From the IMG/VR virus record IMGVR_UViG_3300045988_106278, positions 1 through 64,000 of that record: a stretch of DNA of 64,000 bases, one strand, 5' to 3'. A program made the translations under genes and the position numbers. The notes beneath the pieces were generated by a model. That model ran no database searches and had not been told where the DNA came from. It saw only the letters and a program-made list of their open reading frames with translations. Shown piece after piece: positions 35,063 through 45,229 of this stretch. Origin of the DNA: a virus. How positions within the stretch are numbered: position 1 is the first letter of the stretch; each line of letters starts with the position of its first letter.

Positions 35063-35891
35063 TGCAACTGATGGCTATAAGCTTGGTCATCATCGTATGT
35101 ACCCAAAGGGTACACAAATGGTCTATAGTAACTGGACTCCTAGAAGTAATCGTTACTTCCCAGAAGCTATAGAAGGTTCTGTAGTATTTGGTATTCAGTA
35201 CTTTGTAAAGAAGTATTTGATAGAGGAATTTAACAAATGGTTTGCTCTTCCTAAGGAAGAAGCTATTAAGCAATTTGCTTATCGTGTAGGTAACTTTGTA
35301 GACCTTAACCAGGTTGGGACAAAGCATATTGAAGAACTCTATGATTTAGGATATCTTCCTATTGAAATTAAAGCTCTTCCTGAAGGTTCTATCTGTCCTA
35401 TAAGAGTACCTATGATGACTATTAAGAACACTCTCCCGGACTTCTTTTGGTTGACTAATTACTTGGAAACTTTAATTAGTTGTACTCTATGGCTTCCTTG
35501 TACTTCTGCAACAAGTGCTCGTCTTTATAAGAAGAGACTTATGGAACATGCTAGAAAGACTGGATTCCCAGAGGAAGTAAATCTAGGGTTCTCTTGTCAC
35601 GATTTCTCAATGAGAGGTATGGCAGGACTTGATGCTGCTATTATCTCCGGTATGGCTCATATGACCTCATTCTGTGGTAGTGAAACAATTCCTGCTATTG
35701 AAGCAGTAGAGCATTATTACGATGCAAATGTTACTGAAGAACTTGTAGCTGCAACTGTCCCGGCTTCGGAACATTCAGTGGCTTGCTCTACTATTAGTGA
35801 TTTTGAAGATAATGTAGAAGAAATAATCTTAGATGATTTTGGTAAATTAATTGGATATATTGATAAAAATGGAGACAAAAATTTGTTCTAA
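35049..35891 (+). CDS. nadV: Nicotinamide phosphoribosyltransferase-like (NAMPT/Namat), N-terminal fragment of a split gene
   Basis: TDGYKLGHHRMYPKGT and ...VPASEHSV are NAMPT family motifs. It ends ...FGKLIGYIDKNGDKNLF*, while the rest of the family domain is in 36458..37300. Confidence 0.75.
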   Translation: MEIINATDGYKLGHHRMYPKGTQMVYSNWTPRSNRYFPEAIEGSVVFGIQYFVKKYLIEEFNKWFALPKEEAIKQFAYRVGNFVDLNQVGTKHIEELYDLGYLPIEIKALPEGSICPIRVPMMTIKNTLPDFFWLTNYLETLISCTLWLPCTSATSARLYKKRLMEHARKTGFPEEVNLGFSCHDFSMRGMAGLDAAIISGMAHMTSFCGSETIPAIEAVEHYYDANVTEELVAATVPASEHSVACSTISDFEDNVEEIILDDFGKLIGYIDKNGDKNLF

Positions 35892-36480
35892 TTGTGGTTA
35901 GGAAAAACCTATTTCAGAATTTCCTAAGTGTAAAAGAAATAAAGATGGGTTAGATACTCATTGTAAAGAATGTAGAAATGCTAAAAATAAAGCATATAGA
36001 GAGGCTAATAAAGATAAAGTTAAAGTAGCTAGACATAAATATTATGAAGAAAATAAAGAGCATATATTAGCACAAAAGAAAATTTATGCAGATGCTCATA
36101 AAGAAGAAAAAGCTGCTTATGACAAAATTTATAGACAAGAAAATAAAGATAAATTACGGGAGCAAAAAAGAATATGGGAAAGAAATTCTTTAAAGTTTAA
36201 AATTCGTAATAACCTCAGACGTAGAGTGGCACATACTATGGAATTAATCGGATGTTCTATAGAATTTTTAAAAGAATATATTGCAAACAAATTTACTGAA
36301 GGAATGTCCTGGGATAATTATGGTGAATGGCATTTAGATCATATAAGACCATGTTCCTCTTTTGATTTATCTGATCCTATATAGCAAAAAGAGTGTTTCT
36401 GTTATAAAAATTTACAGCCTTTATGGGCTATTGATAATTTGAAAAAAGCGTATAAATATGAAAATTCAAAAAGCGTCTGA
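35869..36480 (+). CDS. HNH homing endonuclease (203 codons, two in-frame TAG), inserted between and overlapping both NAMPT halves
   Basis: METKICSNCG(TAG)EKPISEFPKCKRNKDGLDTHCKEC... has a Zn-finger-like N-terminus. GEWHLDHIRPCSSFDLSDPI(TAG)QKECFCYKNLQPLWAIDNLKK is an HNH motif. Ends at TGA 36478-36480. Missed by the ORF track because of the TAGs. Confidence 0.7.
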
Positions 36481-37300
36481 AGAGGACAAAAAACTTATTG
36501 GAGAATTATTGTCAATTAAAAGATTGATAAATGAATTATATCCTATTGGAATTGTATCTATAGTTAGTGATACTTATGATTTTTGGAGAGTGATAGAACG
36601 TATTCTCCCTCGTCTGAAAAAAGACATTATGAAGCGTGATGGTCGAGTAGTAATTCGTCCTGATAGTGGTGACCCAGTAGATATTATTTGTGGTCTTCGT
36701 ACAAATCCTCATTACCACACTGCAATGAAGGAAGGCAAGTACTATTGTGATTTCAATCCATTTATGGATGATGATGAAAGTCATTATGTAGAAGTATCTG
36801 AAGGTCAGTATTATGGAGCATATTATATGCTAGGTAAAATCTTTGGATGGAATACTACTGTAAATGATTATCGTTATCCAAGCACCAAGGTTGGGTTGCT
36901 CTATGGAGATTCTATCACTCTAGAGCGTCAGCGTGATATCTATGCTCGATTAGAGAACGCTCATATGGCAGCTTGTAATCTTGTTCTTGGTATTGGATCT
37001 TATACTTATCAGTTTAAGAGTCGTGATTCTTTGGGATTCGCAGTTAAAGCAACTGCTTGTATAATCAATGGAAAGCTTATAGAAATCTATAAGCATCCAA
37101 AGACTGATGATGGAACAAAGAACTCTCTCAAAGGTCTTATTAGAATTGAAGAAGAGAATGGTAAGTATGTCGCTTATGACCAGCAGACTAAGGATGCAGA
37201 ACTGCAAGGTTGTCTTAAAACAGTCTTTGTAGATGGAGAATTAGTAAGAGAATATTCTCTTTCTGAGATTCGTGAACGTGTAAATTCAACATTAGTATGA
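36458..37300 (+). CDS. nadV: Nicotinamide phosphoribosyltransferase-like (NAMPT/Namat), C-terminal fragment of a split gene
   Basis: SIVSDTYDFW and VIRPDSGDPVD (the RPDSGD motif) are NAMPT hallmarks. It carries its own ATG, which overlaps the 3' end of the HNH gene. Confidence 0.75.
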   Translation: MKIQKASEEDKKLIGELLSIKRLINELYPIGIVSIVSDTYDFWRVIERILPRLKKDIMKRDGRVVIRPDSGDPVDIICGLRTNPHYHTAMKEGKYYCDFNPFMDDDESHYVEVSEGQYYGAYYMLGKIFGWNTTVNDYRYPSTKVGLLYGDSITLERQRDIYARLENAHMAACNLVLGIGSYTYQFKSRDSLGFAVKATACIINGKLIEIYKHPKTDDGTKNSLKGLIRIEEENGKYVAYDQQTKDAELQGCLKTVFVDGELVREYSLSEIRERVNSTLV

Positions 37301-37791
37301 TAGAAATTGTTAATGGAGATTTACTTCAGTCAAATTTACCTCTTATAGCCCATCAAACTAATTGTTTAGGAGTAATGGGGGCAGGTATAGCTAAGGCTAT
37401 TAAAAATAAATGGAATAGCGTATATACACGATATGCCAATTATTGTAAATATTTTAAATATTCTAAAGAATTATTAGGGAAATGTCAAGTATGTATAACA
37501 GGAGGTGAACCTATTAATCTCGTAGCTAATTTGTTTGGTGAATATTCTTTTACTGAATCAATAGCTCCCTATGAAAATAGACATACTGATTATGATGCTC
37601 TTAAAAAAGCTTTATTAGATTTAAAAGACTTTTGTAAAGATAACGAGATTACAGAGATAGGCATTCCTTATAAATTAGGATGTGGATTAGCAGGAGGAGA
37701 TTGGGACGGAGTAGTTTATCCTATGCTCCAAGAACTTTTTGCTAATGATTTAACAATAACTCTTTATATTTATAAATTATGCAACAATTAA
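37297..37791 (+). CDS. Macro domain protein (ADP-ribose binding/processing)
   Basis: IVNGDLLQSNLPLIAHQTNCLGVMGAGIAKAI and GIPYKLGCGLAGGDWDGVVYPML match macro domain motifs. Confidence 0.6.
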   Translation: MIEIVNGDLLQSNLPLIAHQTNCLGVMGAGIAKAIKNKWNSVYTRYANYCKYFKYSKELLGKCQVCITGGEPINLVANLFGEYSFTESIAPYENRHTDYDALKKALLDLKDFCKDNEITEIGIPYKLGCGLAGGDWDGVVYPMLQELFANDLTITLYIYKLCNN

Positions 37792-38588
37792 ATTTAGTAC
37801 ATTTAGAAGACAGTGATATTAAGTATTCTATCTCTAGATTCCCTGATGGGGAAGTTCAAATTTCATTAGAAGAATTCAGCCATAAGGAGCAAGTATTAGT
37901 GCAATGTAGAATTACTAATGCTGAAGACTTATTTATACTTATGCAAGTTTTAGATATCCTTGATAGACACGAAGTTCTATATAAAATAAATATCTATTAC
38001 TTAATGAGTATGAGAATGGATCGAGTAATGGTTTTCAATAGACCATTCACTTTAAAAATAGTCTTAAATGTATTAAAAAATTGTAATGCAGAGACTATTG
38101 AAATTTTAGAACCTCATTCTGATGTTTATTATGATCCTAGATTCGGAGTTAAATTCATGCCTCTTTACGCTGAAAAGAATCCATCTAATAATACTTGGAA
38201 AGAATTTCAATTAGTTTTCCCAGATGCTGGGGCTGAAAAGAGAAATGAATTCAGATATAATCGTAAAGCAATTACTTGTAGTAAAGTTCGAGATTTAACT
38301 ACTGGAAGAATCTTAGAGATTAAAATAGATAATCCTGAAAATATACAGGATAAACCTCTGTTAATTCTTGATGATTTATGTGATGGTGGAGGCACTTTTT
38401 GTGGTATTGCTAAAGCATTTAATGCTTTAGGTATTTCTAAAGAGCGTTTATATATTGCAGTTACTCATATGGTAAATCCTAAAGGTATAAAGAATCTGTC
38501 AGAAAACTTTAATCACGTATGGTTTACTAACTCTTATAAAGACTGGGACAATCTTCCTGAGAATGTTACAATGTTTAAGGTTATCTAA
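37779..38588 (+). CDS. prs: Ribose-phosphate pyrophosphokinase-like protein (PRPP synthetase family; candidate ADP-ribose pyrophosphokinase Adps)
   Basis: SRFPDGEVQISLEE (compare Prs GRFSDGEV), LVFPDAGAEKR, and LILDDLCDGGGT (compare DDMIDTGGT, the PRPP-binding loop). Confidence 0.7.
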   Translation: MQQLNLVHLEDSDIKYSISRFPDGEVQISLEEFSHKEQVLVQCRITNAEDLFILMQVLDILDRHEVLYKINIYYLMSMRMDRVMVFNRPFTLKIVLNVLKNCNAETIEILEPHSDVYYDPRFGVKFMPLYAEKNPSNNTWKEFQLVFPDAGAEKRNEFRYNRKAITCSKVRDLTTGRILEIKIDNPENIQDKPLLILDDLCDGGGTFCGIAKAFNALGISKERLYIAVTHMVNPKGIKNLSENFNHVWFTNSYKDWDNLPENVTMFKVI

Positions 38589-38729
38589 TGTATATTTTGG
38601 GACTTATTATAACTATTATTTTGGTAATAATTATAATTGATCCAAGATTAGATATTACAGATAACCAATGTATATTGTGGTATTCAAATTTAGAAGGAGA
38701 ACGTTGTTATTTAATACTTTGGAATAAAA

Positions 38730-39056
38730 ATGATCATTATAAATAAAAATGAATTAGACCCTGACTTAATTCATGACATTAATTTAGAGTTAGAAGCATT
38801 ATTTACAGATAATAGAACTTGGGAAATTAGTTCTAGTACTGGAGATTTAGATGATGCTTCAGATATACGAATTGTTATTAAAGGTGAGGGACATTGCTAT
38901 ATTTCCACAATAAGTGATACTGAAGAATACGTCAGAGATTTATTAAATGGTTATAGAAAAGCTCATAGTTTTGATACTTTTTGTATGTCTACAACGTATT
39001 TTGATCCTGAAAAGAACGGAATAGTATTTGAATATGCAGATTACATATCTTTATAA
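38730..39056 (+). CDS. Hypothetical protein (108 aa)
   Basis: ORF track. Confidence 0.45.
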   Translation: MIIINKNELDPDLIHDINLELEALFTDNRTWEISSSTGDLDDASDIRIVIKGEGHCYISTISDTEEYVRDLLNGYRKAHSFDTFCMSTTYFDPEKNGIVFEYADYISL

Positions 39057-39058
39057 CT

Positions 39059-39472
39059 ATGTTACAGATTTATACTGATGGTGCTTATAAATCTTCTATT
39101 GACCAGGGAGGTATTGGAATAGTATGGATGAAGGATGATGAAGTATTTAAAAAATACTCTAAAGGCTTTAAACATACTACTAATAATAAAATGGAATTAA
39201 TTGCTATGCTATGTGCCTTTAAGTCCATTAAAACTCCAATAGATGAAGTAGAATTTATAAGTGACAGTCAATATGTATTAGGATGTCTTACTAAAGGATG
39301 GAAGAAAAAAAAGAATGTAGAGCTCTGGAATATTTTAGATAAAGAATATGAAAGAGTTAAATCTTTAATAAAAAATATTAAATTTACCCATGTTAGGGGA
39401 CATCAAGATTGTTTTGGTAATAATCTAGCGGATGAATTAGCTAGTAATGCTAGTTTAGAATTATTAGAATAA
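39059..39472 (+). CDS. rnhA: Ribonuclease H
   Basis: IYTDGAY...GGIGIV...MELIAML...FISDSQYVLGCLTKGW...HVRGHQDCFGNNLADELA matches the RNase H1 catalytic motifs (D, E, D, H..D). Confidence 0.7.
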   Translation: MLQIYTDGAYKSSIDQGGIGIVWMKDDEVFKKYSKGFKHTTNNKMELIAMLCAFKSIKTPIDEVEFISDSQYVLGCLTKGWKKKKNVELWNILDKEYERVKSLIKNIKFTHVRGHQDCFGNNLADELASNASLELLE

Positions 39473-39687
39473 TGTATTTAGTTATATCAATAATAATTGT
39501 TGCAGGTATAACTATTTATATTGGATCTGCATTTGCTGTTATAGACAGATGGACTGAAATTAATGTTCCTACTAATATAATAACAATATTAATATTAGTA
39601 TGTCCAATTATAAATACGTTATTAGCACTGTATTACCTGTATCCTGAATTAACAGAAACTTTAAGTAAAATTTTTAAAAATAATTAA
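39472..39687 (+). CDS. Hypothetical membrane protein (71 aa)
   Basis: ORF track. Two hydrophobic helices. Confidence 0.4.
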   Translation: MYLVISIIIVAGITIYIGSAFAVIDRWTEINVPTNIITILILVCPIINTLLALYYLYPELTETLSKIFKNN

Positions 39688-40146
39688 TTATGGCTAAAGA
39701 AATTGTAAAAGCAACAGTGGACACTATTACTATTTATCGTACTACTGGTGGTAAAATTGCGGTAAAACGTAGTGACCGATTAAAACCAAGTAGATATTTC
39801 GATGATATCAAAGATGCTCGTAAGTATGCTGATGAGCACTTTGAAGGTAATGTCTCAGAGTCTCTCTAAGACATTTTCATTTCTAGAGTGATAAATTGTT
39901 CATGATTCTAAATTTAGAAGTTTGTAGGCTATTCTAGATGTGTCTATGACTAAATTATGGTATTTTACCTAGATAATTTTAATATTACACAGATGATTAA
40001 TTTTCTTTTAATTTTCAATTCTAGTTAAAATGAAGTATAAAGCAAAGCTTGAAAGACTTCGTCAGAAGCAGGTATGGTGGGATAAGCTCCCTCAAACAGT
40101 AAAGAATGCAACAACAAGACCTGGTGGTATTGGATCAAAGTAATCT

Positions 40147-40464
40147 ATGATAATTAAAGAGTCTGATTTTGAATTAAGATCTTCAACAAATGATGAAAGT
40201 TGTCCTCATTGGGATTTATATATTATGAAGACCATTAATGCCAAATCTAAAACTAGAGAGGCTAGAGAGGAACTTACTTTAGCAGGATATGGATTAACCT
40301 TATCTGGAGCTATGGCATCAATTGCTAGATATAGAGTAGCTAAAGCTAATTCTGAAAAGGCTTTTACTATGCAACAATATTTAGATTCCTATACAAAAGA
40401 ACTTCATAGATTATATGATATTGTGGGGGAAACTCCTAACAATACTACTTTGATGGAGGAATGA
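40147..40464 (+). CDS. Hypothetical protein (105 aa)
   Basis: ORF track. Confidence 0.45.
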   Translation: MIIKESDFELRSSTNDESCPHWDLYIMKTINAKSKTREAREELTLAGYGLTLSGAMASIARYRVAKANSEKAFTMQQYLDSYTKELHRLYDIVGETPNNTTLMEE

Positions 40465-40730
40465 TTAAGTCCATTCCTATAACTACTTGGAGAGACGAAC
40501 ATCATAGAGACATTACAGTTTCTAAGATGTTCGTCTATGAACTTACAGCATATGCTCACTATAAAGATAGAGAGGAATTGCTAGGTAGCAAGTTTATATC
40601 TTCAAGTAAACCTCTTAAAGAGAGGATACAAGTTACTAAAAAAATTGGATACAGAATTATAAAATCCATTGACTTAGTATCAGCTCCTCTAGATTATATT
40701 ATTAATAATTCCAAATTTAAAAAATTATGA
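40461..40730 (+). CDS. Hypothetical protein (89 aa)
   Basis: ORF track. Overlaps its neighbours by 4 nt on each side. Confidence 0.45.
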   Translation: MIKSIPITTWRDEHHRDITVSKMFVYELTAYAHYKDREELLGSKFISSSKPLKERIQVTKKIGYRIIKSIDLVSAPLDYIINNSKFKKL

Positions 40731-41149
40731 CAAACACTAAGCAGAAACTCGTAGATTACAGAGAAGGTAGTTTTGTAGACTTTGAAGGTAAAGATCATTA
40801 CTTTGTAGTATGCGCTGTTCTTAGAGAAAGTACTGTATTTGAAAATCCTACTAGAATTCTTAGTTTTGGAGTATCTTTCTGTAATCCGGTAGATAAACAC
40901 AACAATGAACTTGGTAAGAAAATTGCTTATGGTAAAAGTATTAGTGATAAAAATACCAACGTACTATTAGGTAGAGCAGGACTTCTTAATATTGAGACTG
41001 TAAAATATATACTTGATAATGAAGTTAATCACGTAAAACAATATCCTGAGCAGTATAGTGTGGCATATGCTAAAGCTAAAGATAAATATGAAAAAGCTAA
41101 AGCTTTAGCTCAAAAAGCAACTATATATAATACGGCAGTAGCAGATTAA
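40727..41149 (+). CDS. Hypothetical protein (140 aa)
   Basis: ORF track. Confidence 0.5.
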   Translation: MTNTKQKLVDYREGSFVDFEGKDHYFVVCAVLRESTVFENPTRILSFGVSFCNPVDKHNNELGKKIAYGKSISDKNTNVLLGRAGLLNIETVKYILDNEVNHVKQYPEQYSVAYAKAKDKYEKAKALAQKATIYNTAVAD

Positions 41150-41481
41150 TGAAACTTTTAGATAGATTAATTTTAATATTAATTTTTATTACTATTATAG
41201 GAGCTACTATCTTTTTATATAAAGGGTTTAAATCTTCTACTGTAATGCCTACAGATACCTTAGAAAGAAAAATAGACTCATTAAATAGTAAGAAAAATTC
41301 TATTAAAGTTGATATCAATAAGTGTGATACTGCTATCTACTATAATAAAACTATCTATGTTAAAGAGAAGGACAATATTATTAAGCAGTCTCCTGATAGC
41401 GACATGCAGTTTTTCACAAACTACATTCAAGAAGTCGGGAGAAAACTTCTTATTGACACCGTATCAATTAAAAATAACTAA
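41149..41481 (+). CDS. Hypothetical membrane-anchored protein (110 aa)
   Basis: ORF track. N-terminal TM LILILIFITIIGATIFLY. Overlaps the next ORF in another frame. Confidence 0.4.
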   Translation: MKLLDRLILILIFITIIGATIFLYKGFKSSTVMPTDTLERKIDSLNSKKNSIKVDINKCDTAIYYNKTIYVKEKDNIIKQSPDSDMQFFTNYIQEVGRKLLIDTVSIKNN

Positions 41482-41722
41482 TCTTATTTTTAATGAGCAT
41501 AAATATTTACTAGTAAATGATAGTTTACAAAAAATTCAAATAAATAACTACAAATCTTTAGTAAATACGCTGGATAGTACGCTAACATATAAAAATTATC
41601 AAATAAAGATTCAATCTGATAAAAATAATGAATTGTATATGCAAAATAAAAAATTATCAAAATTGAATTATTTATTTGGAGGTATAAGTATATTATCTAT
41701 AATATGTGCTCTAATACATTAG
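41357..41722 (+). CDS. Putative lipoprotein (signal peptide MLKRRTILLSSLLIATC)
   Basis: ORF track 41309..41722, trimmed to the internal Met. Lipobox-like LIATC. Overlaps 41149..41481, so one of the two calls may be wrong. Confidence 0.35.
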   Translation: MLKRRTILLSSLLIATCSFSQTTFKKSGENFLLTPYQLKITNLIFNEHKYLLVNDSLQKIQINNYKSLVNTLDSTLTYKNYQIKIQSDKNNELYMQNKKLSKLNYLFGGISILSIICALIH

Positions 41723-41930
41723 ATACTTACATAAAGGATACTGACGGTAAGAAATTTAAATTTCCAGATAGAGATTGTAAGAATTGTAAAAGATATAAAT
41801 GCTTAGTAAATATGGACATGCTTAAATGTAATTTTGCTAAGTATGGATGCAGAAATTATAATCCTAGATAACTAAAATTACTAAAAATTGATAAATAATA
41901 TTTACGCCTTGAAAAAGGATTACCATATTA

Positions 41931-42269
41931 TTGCGGAAATTTATTTATCAATTAATGGTTGTTTATAGTAAATTACTTGAGAAATTTAATGATAGCTTAG
42001 GCTATGTGATATATGTATTCGAATTGTTAGATAATGAGGATAAGCTTAGAGAAAAGACTAAATACCTTATGTGTACTCAACCTCCTAATTGGAGCGCTGC
42101 TACTATAAATTATGGGGATATTGGTTATCTCGAAGTGAAGCCTGTAATAGCAGGGATAGATGAATGGTACGATGGAGACACACAACAGAAATACAGATAT
42201 AATAATGTCTGGTTTATTAAGTTTGTCCCTCAGAGACCTAAAAACGTAGATGATATAATAATACAATAA
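41931..42269 (+). CDS. Hypothetical protein (112 aa)
   Basis: ORF track. Confidence 0.45.
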   Translation: MRKFIYQLMVVYSKLLEKFNDSLGYVIYVFELLDNEDKLREKTKYLMCTQPPNWSAATINYGDIGYLEVKPVIAGIDEWYDGDTQQKYRYNNVWFIKFVPQRPKNVDDIIIQ

Positions 42270-42285
42270 ATAATCTTTAAGATTT

Positions 42286-43272
42286 ATGACAACAGTTTTA
42301 GGTGATAAACTCAATCAAGCTTTTGAAGCTAAGAATAATGATGTAGAAACATTTCTCTGGAAAGGTTCTAGAAAAATTGTAGATGGTGAACGCATTCAGT
42401 CTTCCATGAAAATGGTAGATATGACTGAAGAAGAATTACGTAAAGCATATAAACATTGTGAATCAATGCTTTATAGTGACAACTATGAAAATCCTGGACG
42501 ACGAGTTTTGTTGGAACAGATTGAAGATCAAAGAACTCGCTGTAATGCTGAGTTGTTCTTAATTTGGCTATTGTACCCAGGTGAAGGTAGTACTAGACAA
42601 GGTATTGTAAGAACTAGTTTCTTTAATATGCTTAATCAGCAGATTACTGCTCAGGCAGAACAGTTTGCTAAAGAGAATGCAGAAAGTGGTGAGGGCGAGA
42701 CAAATGTTAGTGCTATTGCAGAGACTCTCTTTAAAGAGTGGACTCTTAATGATATTATGAATAGTGATGAAGATTCATTTACCATGTTTGCTTCATTACC
42801 ATTGTATATCGTTAGAGAAGCTTGTTTATCTGCTTTAGGTAAATGTGTCCGTAAACACATTACTCTTACATTTATTACTGAGCTTGGATTGTGGTTTACA
42901 CGTTCTGAGTTATTAGAATTAAATAAGAAAGACGAGAATGGTCGTTTAGTAGATAGAATTAAGCAAGTTGCTAAACTTCTAAATATTAAATTGAGAGACC
43001 CTAAGAATCCTGAAGACAGAAAAGGTCTTGTTTTAAAAATTGATGATAGAAAAGGCTTAACTCTAAAAGAGTTTAGCGCAATGCTTACCTTCCGTAAGGA
43101 TAAATATGATAAGCGTTATAATGATCTGACTAAAGTACAATTGGAAACCTTAAGAGATAAAGTTTTATTGCATCTCGAAAATAAGGTTAGATGGCAAGCT
43201 TCAGAGTGGGAGAAGCGTATTAAACAAATCAAAGCAGTAGCTGATTACAATGGCTACAAACTCTCTGATTGA
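42286..43272 (+). CDS. Hypothetical protein (328 aa), first gene of the replication block
   Basis: ORF track. It overlaps the downstream helicase gene start. Confidence 0.55.
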   Translation: MTTVLGDKLNQAFEAKNNDVETFLWKGSRKIVDGERIQSSMKMVDMTEEELRKAYKHCESMLYSDNYENPGRRVLLEQIEDQRTRCNAELFLIWLLYPGEGSTRQGIVRTSFFNMLNQQITAQAEQFAKENAESGEGETNVSAIAETLFKEWTLNDIMNSDEDSFTMFASLPLYIVREACLSALGKCVRKHITLTFITELGLWFTRSELLELNKKDENGRLVDRIKQVAKLLNIKLRDPKNPEDRKGLVLKIDDRKGLTLKEFSAMLTFRKDKYDKRYNDLTKVQLETLRDKVLLHLENKVRWQASEWEKRIKQIKAVADYNGYKLSD

Positions 43273-44539
43273 AGGAGAACTATTTCATAAAATCACTAGA
43301 GATGAACGACAAGAAGAGTGTCGTAGAAAATGGATAAAAAATCGTTGTGTGGGGACAATAGTCGCATCTACTGGCTTTGGTAAGAGCAGAATAGGACTAA
43401 ACTGTATTAAAACAGTGCTAAAACACTTTCCACAATACCGAGTACTAATAATTGTACCAACAGAAACTTTACAAAAACAATGGTATGGTCATATAGATTC
43501 TAATGGGCTAGGATTAAGTTGTGACGTACAAATAATAAACACTGTAATAAAACATCCTGCTAAATATGATCTTTTAGTACTGGATGAAGCGCATAGATAT
43601 GCAGCTGAGACTTTTGTAAGATTATTTGAAGTAGTAAAATACCAATTTATCTTAGGTCTTACAGCTACTTTCGAGCGTCTTGATGGTAGGGATAAAATAT
43701 TAGCAAAATACTGCCCAGTAATTGATACTATTGATATTAATACTTGTCTTGCAAATGGTTGGGTTAGCCCATATAAAGAATATCTAGTCTTAGTAAATGT
43801 TGATGATTTAGAAGAATATGAAAAAATAAATAAAGAATTCATTTCTCATTTTGAATTCTTCGGATTCTCTTGGGAGTTAGTTAATAAATTAGCCGGTCCT
43901 ATGGGTTGGCGAAATAAACTACTCCTAAGAGATTCTATGTGTAGTGATCCTAATAAAAAGTCTGAAGTATTACAAAGTATAAATTATCATGCTATCAGAT
44001 TTTGGTCTACTATGCATGAGAAAAAAGCTTTCATAAATAATCATCCAAAGAAAATTGAAATAGTAAAAAAAATTATAGAAGCTAGAAAGGATAAAAAAAT
44101 AATAACTTTTGCTAATAATATTAAAATGGCAGAAAAAATTCCTAATGCTACTGTATATTCTAGTAGAACTTCTAAGAAAAGAAGTGCTACAGCTATTGAA
44201 GATTTTAACTCTGGAAAGATAACTTTATTATCTACAGTAAAAAAAGCTGATGAAGGACTTGATGTAAAAGGTCTTTCTGTAGCTATTATATTTGGATTAG
44301 ATAGTTCAACTACTAGAGCTTGTCAACGGAGAGGAAGATCAATCCGCTTTGAGAAAGGTAAGACAGCAGAGATATTCAATATAGTATTAAATAGGACTCA
44401 AGAGACCAAGTGGTTTTATGATTCTCATAAGGGAGATTCTTTTATAACTATAGACGAATCAGAATTGGATAAAGTATTACAAGGTAAAGACTTTACCCCA
44501 GGTGAAAAGATAGTTCCTAAATTTGATTTTAGATTCTGA
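43250..44539 (+). CDS. SF2 DEAH-box helicase
   Basis: Walker A STGFGKSRIG, motif II LVLDEAHRY, motif III LGLTATFER, and C-terminal helicase motifs (QRRGRSIRF). Confidence 0.7.
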   Translation: MATNSLIEGELFHKITRDERQEECRRKWIKNRCVGTIVASTGFGKSRIGLNCIKTVLKHFPQYRVLIIVPTETLQKQWYGHIDSNGLGLSCDVQIINTVIKHPAKYDLLVLDEAHRYAAETFVRLFEVVKYQFILGLTATFERLDGRDKILAKYCPVIDTIDINTCLANGWVSPYKEYLVLVNVDDLEEYEKINKEFISHFEFFGFSWELVNKLAGPMGWRNKLLLRDSMCSDPNKKSEVLQSINYHAIRFWSTMHEKKAFINNHPKKIEIVKKIIEARKDKKIITFANNIKMAEKIPNATVYSSRTSKKRSATAIEDFNSGKITLLSTVKKADEGLDVKGLSVAIIFGLDSSTTRACQRRGRSIRFEKGKTAEIFNIVLNRTQETKWFYDSHKGDSFITIDESELDKVLQGKDFTPGEKIVPKFDFRF

Positions 44540-44617
44540 ATCTATGTATTAATATCGCTCTGAGAAGAGATTAACTTAATTACAGTATGGAAGACTTTTA
44601 ATTATCCGAATTACTGT

Positions 44618-45229
44618 ATGTTTGATTTAAACATTGATGAAGAAATAACAATTTTAGAAAAATATAATATTACTCCTACTGAATTATTTGTTATTAAAGC
44701 TATTAATGCTTATATAGAAGATTATTCAGAAGATTATCTTCGTAGGTATTTGGCTATTGATAAAAAGTATGTAGGAAGTTTTATAGATATACTTAAATCT
44801 TTACAAGATAAAGGTCTTATCCTTAAAAGTTATAAAATTATTCCAGGAATGAAATTAGTTCCTGAAGAGATACCATTTAATAAAAACTTCCTAAAATGTT
44901 TAGCTAAGAGTTCCTTTGAAATGGGAAAAGAACTTAGAGAACATTATCCTAGATTTAGAAATATTAATGGATGCTTAACTAGTATGCTAGGTGTTTCTAA
45001 AAAGTTTAATAGTCTTGAAGATGCTTATAGAACTTATGGAAAGAAAATCCATTGGAATGAAGAACTTCATAAAAAGATTATTGATTTACTAGATTGGGAA
45101 GCTAATACTGATAATGGTATTATTAATTATAGCTTAGCTACATTTATTGTAGATGAAAAATGGGAAGACCTTGAAGCTTTAAAGAATGGAGATTCAGGTA
45201 TGAATTATAATTCAATCACCACTCTGTGA
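44618..45229 (+). CDS. Hypothetical protein (203 aa)
   Basis: ORF track. Confidence 0.5.
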   Translation: MFDLNIDEEITILEKYNITPTELFVIKAINAYIEDYSEDYLRRYLAIDKKYVGSFIDILKSLQDKGLILKSYKIIPGMKLVPEEIPFNKNFLKCLAKSSFEMGKELREHYPRFRNINGCLTSMLGVSKKFNSLEDAYRTYGKKIHWNEELHKKIIDLLDWEANTDNGIINYSLATFIVDEKWEDLEALKNGDSGMNYNSITTL

